Source: Escherichia phage EcoPhCCP1
Length of the DNA stretch: 44,482 nucleotides
Sequence record: PQ384582.1
Strand: one strand, 5' to 3'
The stretch's first letter is position 1. Each line of letters opens with the position of its first letter. The notes under the pieces were generated by a model. The model searched no databases. It was not told the DNA's origin and saw only the letters and a list, made by a program, of their open reading frames with translations. Shown here piece after piece: positions 6,941-14,234 of the stretch. The position numbers were made by a program, and so were the translations under genes.

Positions 6941-7010
6941 AAGAGTGAGTGAGTGAGCTTGCGGTTCTGACCTACGGCAAATCAGTAACTTATATACTTA
7001 GGCGGGAATT

Positions 7011-7156
7011 ACAATAGACTATGGCCCTTCCGAATGCGCCAGCGAGACTCACTCCACACGTCGAGACGTGCTCGTTTCGCCTGCCGCGCACCGCGGTCGC
7101 TTGTTCATACTTCACAAGCTCAGGTCGAGCTTAGCATATTTCTTAGTAAAAGTCAA
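7011..7156. repeat. non-coding repeat element, copy 1 (paralog of 38980-39121)
   Basis: Direct alignment: about 80% identity overall with a 45-bp near-identical core (CGCGGTCGCTTGTTCATACTTCACAAGCTCAGGT.GAGCTTAGCA). Confidence 0.85.
7128..7156 (-). promoter_or_regulatory. promoter-like module in repeat copy 1: TTGACT-N17(TGn)-TAAGCT (minus strand)
   Basis: -35 TTGACT (7156-7151), 17-nt spacer, extended -10 TGcTAAGCT (to 7128); conserved in copy 2. Confidence 0.4.
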
Positions 7157-7203
7157 TACCTGTAGCATCTTTTGTATCTTAGTAACTTTGTGTGGTGTTT
7201 TGG

Positions 7204-7232
7204 TTGCTTTTACAAAGTTACCGCCTTATACT
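7204..7232 (+). promoter_or_regulatory. sigma70-like promoter TTGCTT-N17-TATACT for the plus-strand replication operon
   Basis: Hexamers at 7204-7209 and 7227-7232; GGAG SD and ATG 7262 downstream. Confidence 0.4.
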
Positions 7233-7261
7233 TCGGTACATCTTACATAGGAGAACGTGAA

Positions 7262-7432
7262 ATGACTATCAATGAAGTAGCTGAACGTATTGGGGTGACG
7301 CGCCAGACAATTAATAACTGGATTAAGAGTGGAAAGTTTCCTGATTGCAGCGTTAAAGTAATGGGTCGCCGGATGCCGGGGACATTTGACCGTAATAAAG
7401 TTGAAGCGTGGATTAAGGAGAACGTGAAATGA
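7262..7432 (+). CDS. HTH DNA-binding protein (AlpA/Xis/MerR-like)
   Basis: Internal ATG 7262 with GGAG SD; MTINEVAERIGVTRQTINNWIKSGKFP is a typical HTH. Confidence 0.6.
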   Translation: MTINEVAERIGVTRQTINNWIKSGKFPDCSVKVMGRRMPGTFDRNKVEAWIKENVK

Positions 7433-7641
7433 TTGGGTGTATGGGTTGTTACTTTGAAAACGGTAAAGTTAAATACTGGTTTAAGTTTGCGTCAGAAATT
7501 ACCGACAGCGGTTTCTACGCAGAAATATGTAAGCCTAATCATTTGTCGGAACCGACGCGCATTATTAAGATGCCAATCGAGGTGTTAAGTAAATGCCGTT
7601 TCTATACTTCGGAGCGTGCGTGGTTTGCCGGCGATAAATAA
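7429..7641 (+). CDS. hypothetical protein
   Basis: ORF track; ATGA overlap with upstream gene. Confidence 0.45.
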   Translation: MIGCMGCYFENGKVKYWFKFASEITDSGFYAEICKPNHLSEPTRIIKMPIEVLSKCRFYTSERAWFAGDK

Positions 7642-7709
7642 AAGAAACCCCAGCGCCAGAACGTCGGGGTCGAAGCACAAATCATCAAAGTAAGCACAAG
7701 GATTATACA

Positions 7710-7838
7710 ATGACGAAGTTAATAGTTCCACAGCTACGCCGCCAGAAACACGGCGCTGATTTCTTCGCACCGGTAAAGATGAACCGCGCAATGCGCCGTA
7801 TGCAGGAAGCCTTAGAACGTGCGGAGAAAAAGAAATGA
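7710..7838 (+). CDS. hypothetical protein (42 aa, below cutoff)
   Basis: Translated by hand: MTKLIVPQLRRQKHGADFFAPVKMNRAMRRMQEALERAEKKK; AAGGA SD; stop overlaps primase ATG. Confidence 0.4.
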   Translation: MTKLIVPQLRRQKHGADFFAPVKMNRAMRRMQEALERAEKKK

Positions 7839-10096
7839 ATATTGTTTTTGCAGCGCTGCGAAACACATTCGATAAAAACCCGGTAGCGCGTGAAATGCCG
7901 CTGGAGCAGTTCGTAGAGTATGTCTGTGATACGTCGAAGCGTTTATCTGTAGACCCGTCGTGGACTAAGGAAGAGTACGACGCAGCCAAGATTAAGCAGA
8001 AGGCTATCGCACCTGTTGGTGGTCGCCGTAAAAACGCGATTCTGGAAGACAGTGTGGTTAAGTTCGACTTTGACCATCTCAACCGTACTCAGTACCGCGA
8101 CCTGACACGCAAATTCAAGAACGCGCCGTTCTTCAATATTCTGCACACGACGGCGTCGCACCAGCACGCGTGTAAAAACGGTGACTACGCTTTCCGCGTT
8201 CTCGTACCGGCCCGCACGCCGTTTAACTCTAACGACGCGTGGATGGTGCAACGTGCTATTTGTGCTGAGTTAGAAATAGACGAAGCATTGCGCGACCACT
8301 GCACAGAAGATGGCAACCGCCTTATCTACCTGCCGCATAAAGAGTCGAAGATAACGGTTACAGAAGGGCGTGTTATCCGTGCCGAGCGGTACATCAAGAA
8401 AGCCGAAGAGATGGGGCTGCGTAAACGTGAAGCTAAGACGCTTGCTGCCGATGAGCACGGGCTTAACGCAGATATAGCTCATTTCTGCGAAGCCGAGCTG
8501 GGCCTTGACGCTTTATCTTCCGGCCGAGGGTATGAAGTGCCATGCCCTAATGAACATCTGCATACTGGCAAAGGCTCTACCAGCATCATGCTCGATGGTA
8601 AAGAAGTGCGCTTTGTATGCCAGCATACGAACAACGGCGCTTGTACCGAGCTTAACCGTCGGCAACATTTGGCCTTGCGTATGTGCGGCCTGCCCGACGA
8701 GCTTAACGTAGACAAGCAACCTATCAGTATTAACAGCATTCGTGCGGCTTTGCCTGACTTACCTGACGAAGAGATTGAAGAACTGCACCGCACAGAGAAC
8801 GAGGAGCCTGTAACTTGTACGCTGGAAGACCTCGAAGACGAGCCGGAAGTAGAAAAAGAACCTGCTTACTCCGTCGTAGATGGTCTTATGCAGACTAACG
8901 AATCATTCTACATTTGCGCAAAGTCCCACACCGGTAAGTCGACATTTAGTATGGCGATTGACGCCGCCATCACCGCCGAAAAAAGATATGCGTTCGGTGG
9001 CGCTGAGGTCGCAGAAGGTCATGCATTTATCTTCGCAGGCGAAGGTGCACAGTCGTTCGAGAGACATAAAAAATCTTTGCAGATTGCACTTGGCGATAGC
9101 CTCGACCGCTTACACATTATCGATTGTGTTGCTGAGGGGTGTAACTTACTTGACGAAGCGTGGCGACGTAAGGCGGTGAGAATGATGCGCCGTGTTGCCG
9201 GTGAAGAGAGAATTGTAAAGGTTACGTTTGATACCCTGCAAACCTGTATACCTGGCTTCGACGAAAACGACAACAGGTCAATGAAAGAAGCGGCGCAGGC
9301 GCTTAACGAAATAGCGTCTACGCTTAACGCCGCGGTAGGTGCTATGGTGCACCCGACTAAAAACATCGATGAAACTGTACCATCCGAGAACGGCATGATG
9401 CCGAAGGGCGGTAGTGATTTTCACAACTCCATCGATAACGGGATGTTCCTGCATAAACCAGACAACGACAATAACTTAGAGATAAACCTGTATCACATAA
9501 AGAACCGAAACGGAGAACGGCAGAAAGCCAGAGGATTCGTAATACAGAAGATTCAGATAGCGGAGCCACCGGAAAAGAAAGAACCAACTCACAACTTCAT
9601 GGGACTCCCGGAAGGGTACAGTAGTGACGATGTACGAGATTTTGACGCAGGAAATCCGCACATCGATGTCTTTGTTAACTTTAACGCCTTCTCTGTCTTC
9701 GTGAAGAAAGTAGAAGGTATGACCGACGAACAGAAGGAAGCCGTTAAAGAAAAAGTAGGCCAGTTCGAGAAACTGGACACCAAAGAGGCTACGGTTATTT
9801 ACGCATTAGGTAAATTGCAGGAGCAGGGCGACGACAAGCGAGGGTTTTCTATGTCCGCTATCGTCAAAGCGGCGAAAGAAGATAGTTACGGCGTACCGAT
9901 TAACGCTAATAACGACCTTCGAAAAAAACTGGAAGAGATGCACGAGGCGGGGGTTATCGTCTCGGGTCTGGATAACAACAACAGACCTATCCCTAAGCAA
10001 TACAGGTTGCCGTGGGGCATAAACGACAACAAGATTCCTAAGACAATATACGAACAGAATGAAATGCTTACAGTGACCGAGGAAGATTTGGAATAG
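7835..10096 (+). CDS. DNA primase/helicase (AEP-like primase N-domain, zinc-binding segment, P-loop NTPase C-domain)
   Basis: FDFDH and SHQH primase-like motifs, Cys/His cluster (CPNEHLHTG...CQHTNNGAC), Walker A AKSHTGKST. Confidence 0.7.
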   Translation: MNIVFAALRNTFDKNPVAREMPLEQFVEYVCDTSKRLSVDPSWTKEEYDAAKIKQKAIAPVGGRRKNAILEDSVVKFDFDHLNRTQYRDLTRKFKNAPFFNILHTTASHQHACKNGDYAFRVLVPARTPFNSNDAWMVQRAICAELEIDEALRDHCTEDGNRLIYLPHKESKITVTEGRVIRAERYIKKAEEMGLRKREAKTLAADEHGLNADIAHFCEAELGLDALSSGRGYEVPCPNEHLHTGKGSTSIMLDGKEVRFVCQHTNNGACTELNRRQHLALRMCGLPDELNVDKQPISINSIRAALPDLPDEEIEELHRTENEEPVTCTLEDLEDEPEVEKEPAYSVVDGLMQTNESFYICAKSHTGKSTFSMAIDAAITAEKRYAFGGAEVAEGHAFIFAGEGAQSFERHKKSLQIALGDSLDRLHIIDCVAEGCNLLDEAWRRKAVRMMRRVAGEERIVKVTFDTLQTCIPGFDENDNRSMKEAAQALNEIASTLNAAVGAMVHPTKNIDETVPSENGMMPKGGSDFHNSIDNGMFLHKPDNDNNLEINLYHIKNRNGERQKARGFVIQKIQIAEPPEKKEPTHNFMGLPEGYSSDDVRDFDAGNPHIDVFVNFNAFSVFVKKVEGMTDEQKEAVKEKVGQFEKLDTKEATVIYALGKLQEQGDDKRGFSMSAIVKAAKEDSYGVPINANNDLRKKLEEMHEAGVIVSGLDNNNRPIPKQYRLPWGINDNKIPKTIYEQNEMLTVTEEDLE

Positions 10097-10121
10097 GTAA
10101 AAAGAAAGGGGCGTTAAGCCC
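10097..10121 (-). terminator. rho-independent terminator (minus strand) at the end of the XRE gene
   Basis: GGGGC-GTTAA-GCCCC hairpin (10107-10121) followed on minus strand by TTTCTTTTTT. Confidence 0.5.
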
Positions 10122-10329
10122 CTTCACCGAACGCCAGCCACTTGGCGTCTACTTCCAGCACTTCTGCCAGTTTAAACAGCGTCGCCGGGCGGACATCCTG
10201 AGTTACACCGAGTGCCAGTTGGTTAATCGCGCCCTGGGAAACCCCAGCCAGAACAGCCAGACGGCGCTGGGAGATGCCGAGTTCTTTACGGCGTTGTTCT
10301 ACACGGATGCCTAGTTCAGATGGTTGCAT
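10114..10329 (-). CDS. XRE-family HTH transcriptional regulator (Cro/CI-like)
   Basis: LGISQRRLAVLAGVSQGAINQL is a classic XRE HTH; gene is antiparallel to the flanking replication genes. Confidence 0.75.
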   Translation of the reverse strand: MQPSELGIRVEQRRKELGISQRRLAVLAGVSQGAINQLALGVTQDVRPATLFKLAEVLEVDAKWLAFGEGA

Positions 10330-10393
10330 GTCAATTACTCCTTAGTCAGTTGATATGTGAATAGTACCATATTAATTATTTTAGGAAAGCCCA

Positions 10394-10423
10394 TTGACAT
10401 CATGAATAGTTAGCTATTATAGT
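10394..10423 (+). promoter_or_regulatory. sigma70-like promoter TTGACA-N18-TATAGT with AATAG-N4-CTATT dyad in the spacer
   Basis: Spacer TGAATAGTTAGCTATTATAGTT is identical to 13465-13486; back-to-back with the XRE promoter region. Confidence 0.55.
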
Positions 10424-10455
10424 TAGCACATACCAAACGAGAGGAGAGAAACAAA

Positions 10456-10632
10456 ATGGCTAAACGTAAAGATTATGATGCTAACTGGAAAGTGTGGTTT
10501 CCCAACGTCATCCTAGAAGGACGTGGGGATGTTGAAGGTATGATTACTCAGGCATTCCGTTTCTTACCCGAAAACATGCAGAAAGACATTCTTAAAGAAC
10601 TTAACAATATCGCCGAACAGGAGAACAAATAA
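10456..10632 (+). CDS. hypothetical protein (58 aa, below cutoff)
   Basis: Translated by hand: MAKRKDYDANWKVWFPNVILEGRGDVEGM...; GAGAGGAGAG SD; TAATG junction with next gene. Confidence 0.45.
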   Translation: MAKRKDYDANWKVWFPNVILEGRGDVEGMITQAFRFLPENMQKDILKELNNIAEQENK

Positions 10633-11159
10633 TGTTAGAGAAATTCTTAGTATTACTGGAACGTTTCGTAGTTGCGCATGAACTGATTGCTGCGAACAGT
10701 GTGAAACAACCGACTAATAAATCTGTAGGTGAATTGACCGTTGACGTCGCGGTAACGGGGGTAGAGACAGTTAAAAAAGAACTGGCTAAAGCACTTGAAG
10801 AAGTCGAGAAGGCGAAAGAAATCCCGGTTGAAGGTGAAGACGTCGTTGACACTAAACCGGCAGAAGATGAGAAGCCGAAACGCAAGCCTGGCAAATCAAA
10901 ACCAGCCCCTAAACCTGTAGAGGAACCAACACCGGAGCCGGAAGAAGAAGTCGATTACCAGTCTCTGCGTGACCAGATTCAGGCTATCGACGATGCGATT
11001 AACGAAGGTCCGAGCGATGCCGCGTGCGACGATTCCGATGAACTACTGGAAGAGTTCACCGGTAAGAAAATGAAGATTGCCGCGATTAAAGACGAAGACC
11101 TGGTTGAATATCTGGAACTCCTCACGGCAATCAAGAACAAGTATTTCGAAGAAGAATAA
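10632..11159 (+). CDS. acidic Pro/Glu/Lys-rich protein (hypothetical)
   Basis: ORF track; strongly acidic low-complexity central region (KPAPKPVEEPTPEPEEE). Confidence 0.5.
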   Translation: MLEKFLVLLERFVVAHELIAANSVKQPTNKSVGELTVDVAVTGVETVKKELAKALEEVEKAKEIPVEGEDVVDTKPAEDEKPKRKPGKSKPAPKPVEEPTPEPEEEVDYQSLRDQIQAIDDAINEGPSDAACDDSDELLEEFTGKKMKIAAIKDEDLVEYLELLTAIKNKYFEEE

Positions 11160-11172
11160 CTACTTAACTTAT

Positions 11173-11196
11173 GTTGCCCTCATACGTGAGGGCAAC
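11173..11196 (+). other. perfect 10-bp stem-loop GTTGCCCTCA-TACG-TGAGGGCAAC
   Basis: Read directly; no U-tract on either strand; lies just 5' of the SD (TGAGGGTCGG) of the next gene. Confidence 0.8.
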
Positions 11197-11214
11197 AAAC
11201 TGAGGGTCGGAATT

Positions 11215-11487
11215 ATGATTTACCAACTCTACCGAGCCGTAGACAGGCGGGATAGCACAGAGGCGTTATGGCTGTTGCGCGCGCCGTCCGGTGCGCACCA
11301 GATGGAAGAGATGGCGTACTTAGGCAAAGTACCACGGCCTAAAGATATAGGCCGTCACGTGTCGCAGATTAAGCGCACGACTTTCGCCAAGCCTGACTTT
11401 TATGTCTTCGAGTCGATGTATGGGTGGGCTATGCACTGCGAACATAAGACACGGCATTTAATTGACCAGTGGGAGAACAGGGTATGA
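11215..11487 (+). CDS. hypothetical protein
   Basis: Internal ATG 11215 with GAGGG SD, in frame with track ORF 11077..11487. Confidence 0.45.
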   Translation: MIYQLYRAVDRRDSTEALWLLRAPSGAHQMEEMAYLGKVPRPKDIGRHVSQIKRTTFAKPDFYVFESMYGWAMHCEHKTRHLIDQWENRV

Positions 11488-11981
11488 ATTGGCATGAAGT
11501 TTTTGACTACGACCCCGCTACAGGTAAATTATTTTGGAAAATAAGTCCGTCAAAATCTGTAAAAATAGGGCAAGAAGCTGGCAGTACGAGGGCGGACAAC
11601 GACGGGAGTGAATTTAAAATACTACGTTTTAACGGGACTACTAAACTTATCCACCACGTAGTTTGGGAGATGTTTAACGGGCCGATAGCGCCTGGGGAAG
11701 TAATTCGTCATAAAAATAAAGATAGAACTGATAACAGAATAGAAAATCTTATAAAAATGCGTCGGGGCAGTATCGCACACGGCACCAGCATACGGACGGA
11801 CAATACTTCAGGGGTTAAAGGTGTTGGGTTTCATAAACGCTATGGTAAGTGGGTCGCAAGAATTTATGTAGACGGCAGGCCGATTTATTTAGGGGCTTAC
11901 GATAAGTTAGAGAACGCGGCTAAGGCTCGCAGGCAAGCCGAGATTAAATACGGGTTTACAGTTAACGGAGCTGAGAAATGA
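11484..11981 (+). CDS. HNH homing endonuclease with AP2 DNA-binding domain
   Basis: HH...N...DNRIENL HNH core and AP2-like KGVGFHKRYGKWVARIYVDGRPIYLGAYDKLENAAKA. Confidence 0.75.
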   Translation: MNWHEVFDYDPATGKLFWKISPSKSVKIGQEAGSTRADNDGSEFKILRFNGTTKLIHHVVWEMFNGPIAPGEVIRHKNKDRTDNRIENLIKMRRGSIAHGTSIRTDNTSGVKGVGFHKRYGKWVARIYVDGRPIYLGAYDKLENAAKARRQAEIKYGFTVNGAEK

Positions 11982-13228
11982 TTCTAAAAGAACGCGGCGG
12001 CAATAATGACGTACACGCCTTACTGTCGCCGTCAGGTGCTAAAAAGTGGCTAAGCTGCGCCGCGTCACTGGCCTGTGAAAAAGATATTCCTAACACGTCA
12101 GGTAAAGCCGCGGTATTAGGCACAGCTATGCATACAATAGCCGAGGTCCATTTAAATCAGTACATCAAAGGCACTGCGCTGCCGTTAGAACGTGAAGTTG
12201 GCGCTTACGTGCTGGATGGGGGTAAAGGTCAGATTAAGGCGCTAATCAGCCCGATTAAAGGCGCGGTACTGATTACGGCGGATATGATTGAGCAGGTGCG
12301 TAAGTACACCGACTACTGCAAACCGATTATCGATGTAGCGACTTACGCCAAGCTCGAGATGCGCGTCAATCTTACTGAGGTATTGCATCCTGGCTACGAA
12401 GGTGTCGAGACGTTCGGAACTGCTGACCTTGTTGCCGTACAGGAACTGGCAAACACTGACGAGCACATGTTAATTATCGGCGACCTGAAAACTGGGCGGC
12501 ATCGTATCGAAGCGAAAGAAAACAAGCAGCTTATGCTCTATGCTCTCGGTGTTTATCGCCGACTCAAGAGACGTTATAACATCGCAGTTGTTCGTCTGGT
12601 CATCTTCCAGCCGTACGCTGGCGGGGCGTCGGAGTGGGACATCTCGGTTGAAGGTCTGGAACTGTTCGCTAAGTTCGCACAGAAACGTGCACTGTTGGCT
12701 CTTGATGCCTATTTCCGCGGTAAGAAGAACCTGAAAGCGTCGGACTTCAAGCCGTCTGTCGATGGTTGTCAGTGGTGCCGGTTCTCTGAACAGTGTGCTG
12801 CGCGTACAAAAACCGTTAACGCGGTACTGGCGGAAGAGCTGGAGGACGACTTTGCACTGGAACTGACGCCGGAGCAACTCGTAACTGAGTATGAGAAGCT
12901 GCCGTTGTTGCGCCAGCACATAGACAAGGTTGAGAAAGCGATGGCCGCCGCATTGCATTCAGGTAAGAAAGTGCCAGGGTACAAGCTGGTTGAAGGCCGT
13001 CCTGGTAATCGTGCGTGGAAAGACTCCGATGCGATTGAAGTGTCACACGGCGACATTCTCAAAAAAGAGGTATTGATGTCGCCCACGGAGGCAGCAAAAG
13101 TTCTTTCGGCGGACGAGATGGCAGCGCTTGAGCCGTTTATCACGCGTAAGCCGGGCGCACCATGTGTCGCATCGGCAGACGACAAGCGTCCTGAGTGGAA
13201 TCAGGTAACAGAGGAGGATTTAGAATGA
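11978..13228 (+). CDS. PD-(D/E)XK nuclease, Cas4/DUF2800-like
   Basis: N-terminal HALLSPSGAKKWLSCAAS, DLKTG motif and C-terminal Cys cluster (C.WCRF...C). Confidence 0.65.
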   Translation: MILKERGGNNDVHALLSPSGAKKWLSCAASLACEKDIPNTSGKAAVLGTAMHTIAEVHLNQYIKGTALPLEREVGAYVLDGGKGQIKALISPIKGAVLITADMIEQVRKYTDYCKPIIDVATYAKLEMRVNLTEVLHPGYEGVETFGTADLVAVQELANTDEHMLIIGDLKTGRHRIEAKENKQLMLYALGVYRRLKRRYNIAVVRLVIFQPYAGGASEWDISVEGLELFAKFAQKRALLALDAYFRGKKNLKASDFKPSVDGCQWCRFSEQCAARTKTVNAVLAEELEDDFALELTPEQLVTEYEKLPLLRQHIDKVEKAMAAALHSGKKVPGYKLVEGRPGNRAWKDSDAIEVSHGDILKKEVLMSPTEAAKVLSADEMAALEPFITRKPGAPCVASADDKRPEWNQVTEEDLE

Positions 13229-13461
13229 TTCGTAAAATGTTCAGAGTAATTGGCGGTTTTGTGGCGTTTTTAAGCTATCACTTTATGATGTTGCCGGTTT
13301 ATTCTTTGCTTTTTCCATTAATGGCTTATATTGCGGTTAAGTATAAAACTGTAGACCTGGAAGACTTAATGGAAGTTAATGAGATAAAGTTTGTTCAGAA
13401 TTTGGAGTGGCCTTTCGAATACGTACTGATAGTTGAGAAAATAACTGGCTGGAAGGGTTGA
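13225..13461 (+). CDS. small membrane protein
   Basis: Internal ATG 13225 with GGAGGA SD and ATGA overlap; two hydrophobic segments. Confidence 0.4.
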   Translation: MIRKMFRVIGGFVAFLSYHFMMLPVYSLLFPLMAYIAVKYKTVDLEDLMEVNEIKFVQNLEWPFEYVLIVEKITGWKG

Positions 13462-13486
13462 CACCTGAATAGTTAGCTATTATAGT
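13458..13486 (+). promoter_or_regulatory. sigma70-like promoter TTGACA-N17-TATAGT with AATAG-N4-CTATT dyad
   Basis: Consensus -35 at 13458-13463 and -10 at 13481-13486; spacer shared with the 10394 promoter. Confidence 0.6.
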
Positions 13487-13545
13487 TCTAATCACTGGCC
13501 GGGCAGCTTCCCGGAGTAAACGAAACTTAAAAGCGAGAAATCACG

Positions 13546-14175
13546 ATGGGCATTAAACTGAATCTGCGTAAAGTAAACACTGCTTGGGTTAATGTATTCG
13601 AACGTGCTGCCGACTCTGAGGACAAGAAAACCGGTAAACTGATTAAGGGTAAATATCAGGTTACTGTTCTTATGCAGCCCGACCACCCTCAAATCGACGC
13701 GCTTTACGACACAGCGCTAGAAGTTGTAACAGAGGCAATCGGGACCGCCGCCGCTGAAAAATGGATGAAGGCCAACTACGGCGAAGACCACCATGCAGAT
13801 AAATGCTGCGTCCGTGACCTGGCAATGCGCGACAACCCGATTGAGGATTTTGAAGAAGGTCTGTATTTCCGCGCTACTAACAACCGCCAACCGGTAATTA
13901 TGACCTCGGCTAAAGGCGAAAAACAAACCGAGCCTGATTTCAACATCGACGGGCAGGAAGTAGAAGGCGAGCAGGTATATAGCGGGTGCGTAGCAAACGT
14001 ATCTGTAGAGTTATGGTGGCACAAAGAATGGAAAAACCTGTGCGCCACCATCCTCGGCATCAAGTATGCTGGTGAAGGTAAACGCTTCGGCGGCTCCAGT
14101 GTAGTAGCGAGCACCGACGACCTGGAAGACGACGAAGAAGATGGAGCACCGCGCCGTGAACGCCGCCGTCGCTAA
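13546..14175 (+). CDS. ssDNA-binding protein (DUF2815-like)
   Basis: Sits between the DUF2800-like nuclease and the DNA polymerase; acidic C-terminal tail DDLEDDEEDG. Confidence 0.55.
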   Translation: MGIKLNLRKVNTAWVNVFERAADSEDKKTGKLIKGKYQVTVLMQPDHPQIDALYDTALEVVTEAIGTAAAEKWMKANYGEDHHADKCCVRDLAMRDNPIEDFEEGLYFRATNNRQPVIMTSAKGEKQTEPDFNIDGQEVEGEQVYSGCVANVSVELWWHKEWKNLCATILGIKYAGEGKRFGGSSVVASTDDLEDDEEDGAPRRERRRR

Positions 14176-14195
14176 TATCTGAATCAATTTAACTA

Positions 14196-14217
14196 AGGCC
14201 CTTCATTGGGCCTTTTT
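14196..14217 (+). terminator. terminator/attenuator hairpin between the SSB and polymerase genes
   Basis: AGGCCC-TTCATT-GGGCCT followed by TTTTT. Confidence 0.5.
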
Positions 14218-14234
14218 ACTAAGGGTCGAAAATA

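Noticed and set aside
6946-6960. (GTGA)3-4 microsatellite, also present at 31931-31946
   Set aside because: Short simple repeat; the two occurrences have unrelated flanks, so probably coincidental or slippage-derived rather than a functional repeat family.
7011-7156. tRNA or tmRNA-like gene in the repeated element
   Set aside because: A D-arm-like AGCTCAGGTCGAGCT is present, but there is no T-loop (GTTCGAATC-type), no acceptor-stem pairing and the length is wrong; no tRNA could be supported anywhere in the window.
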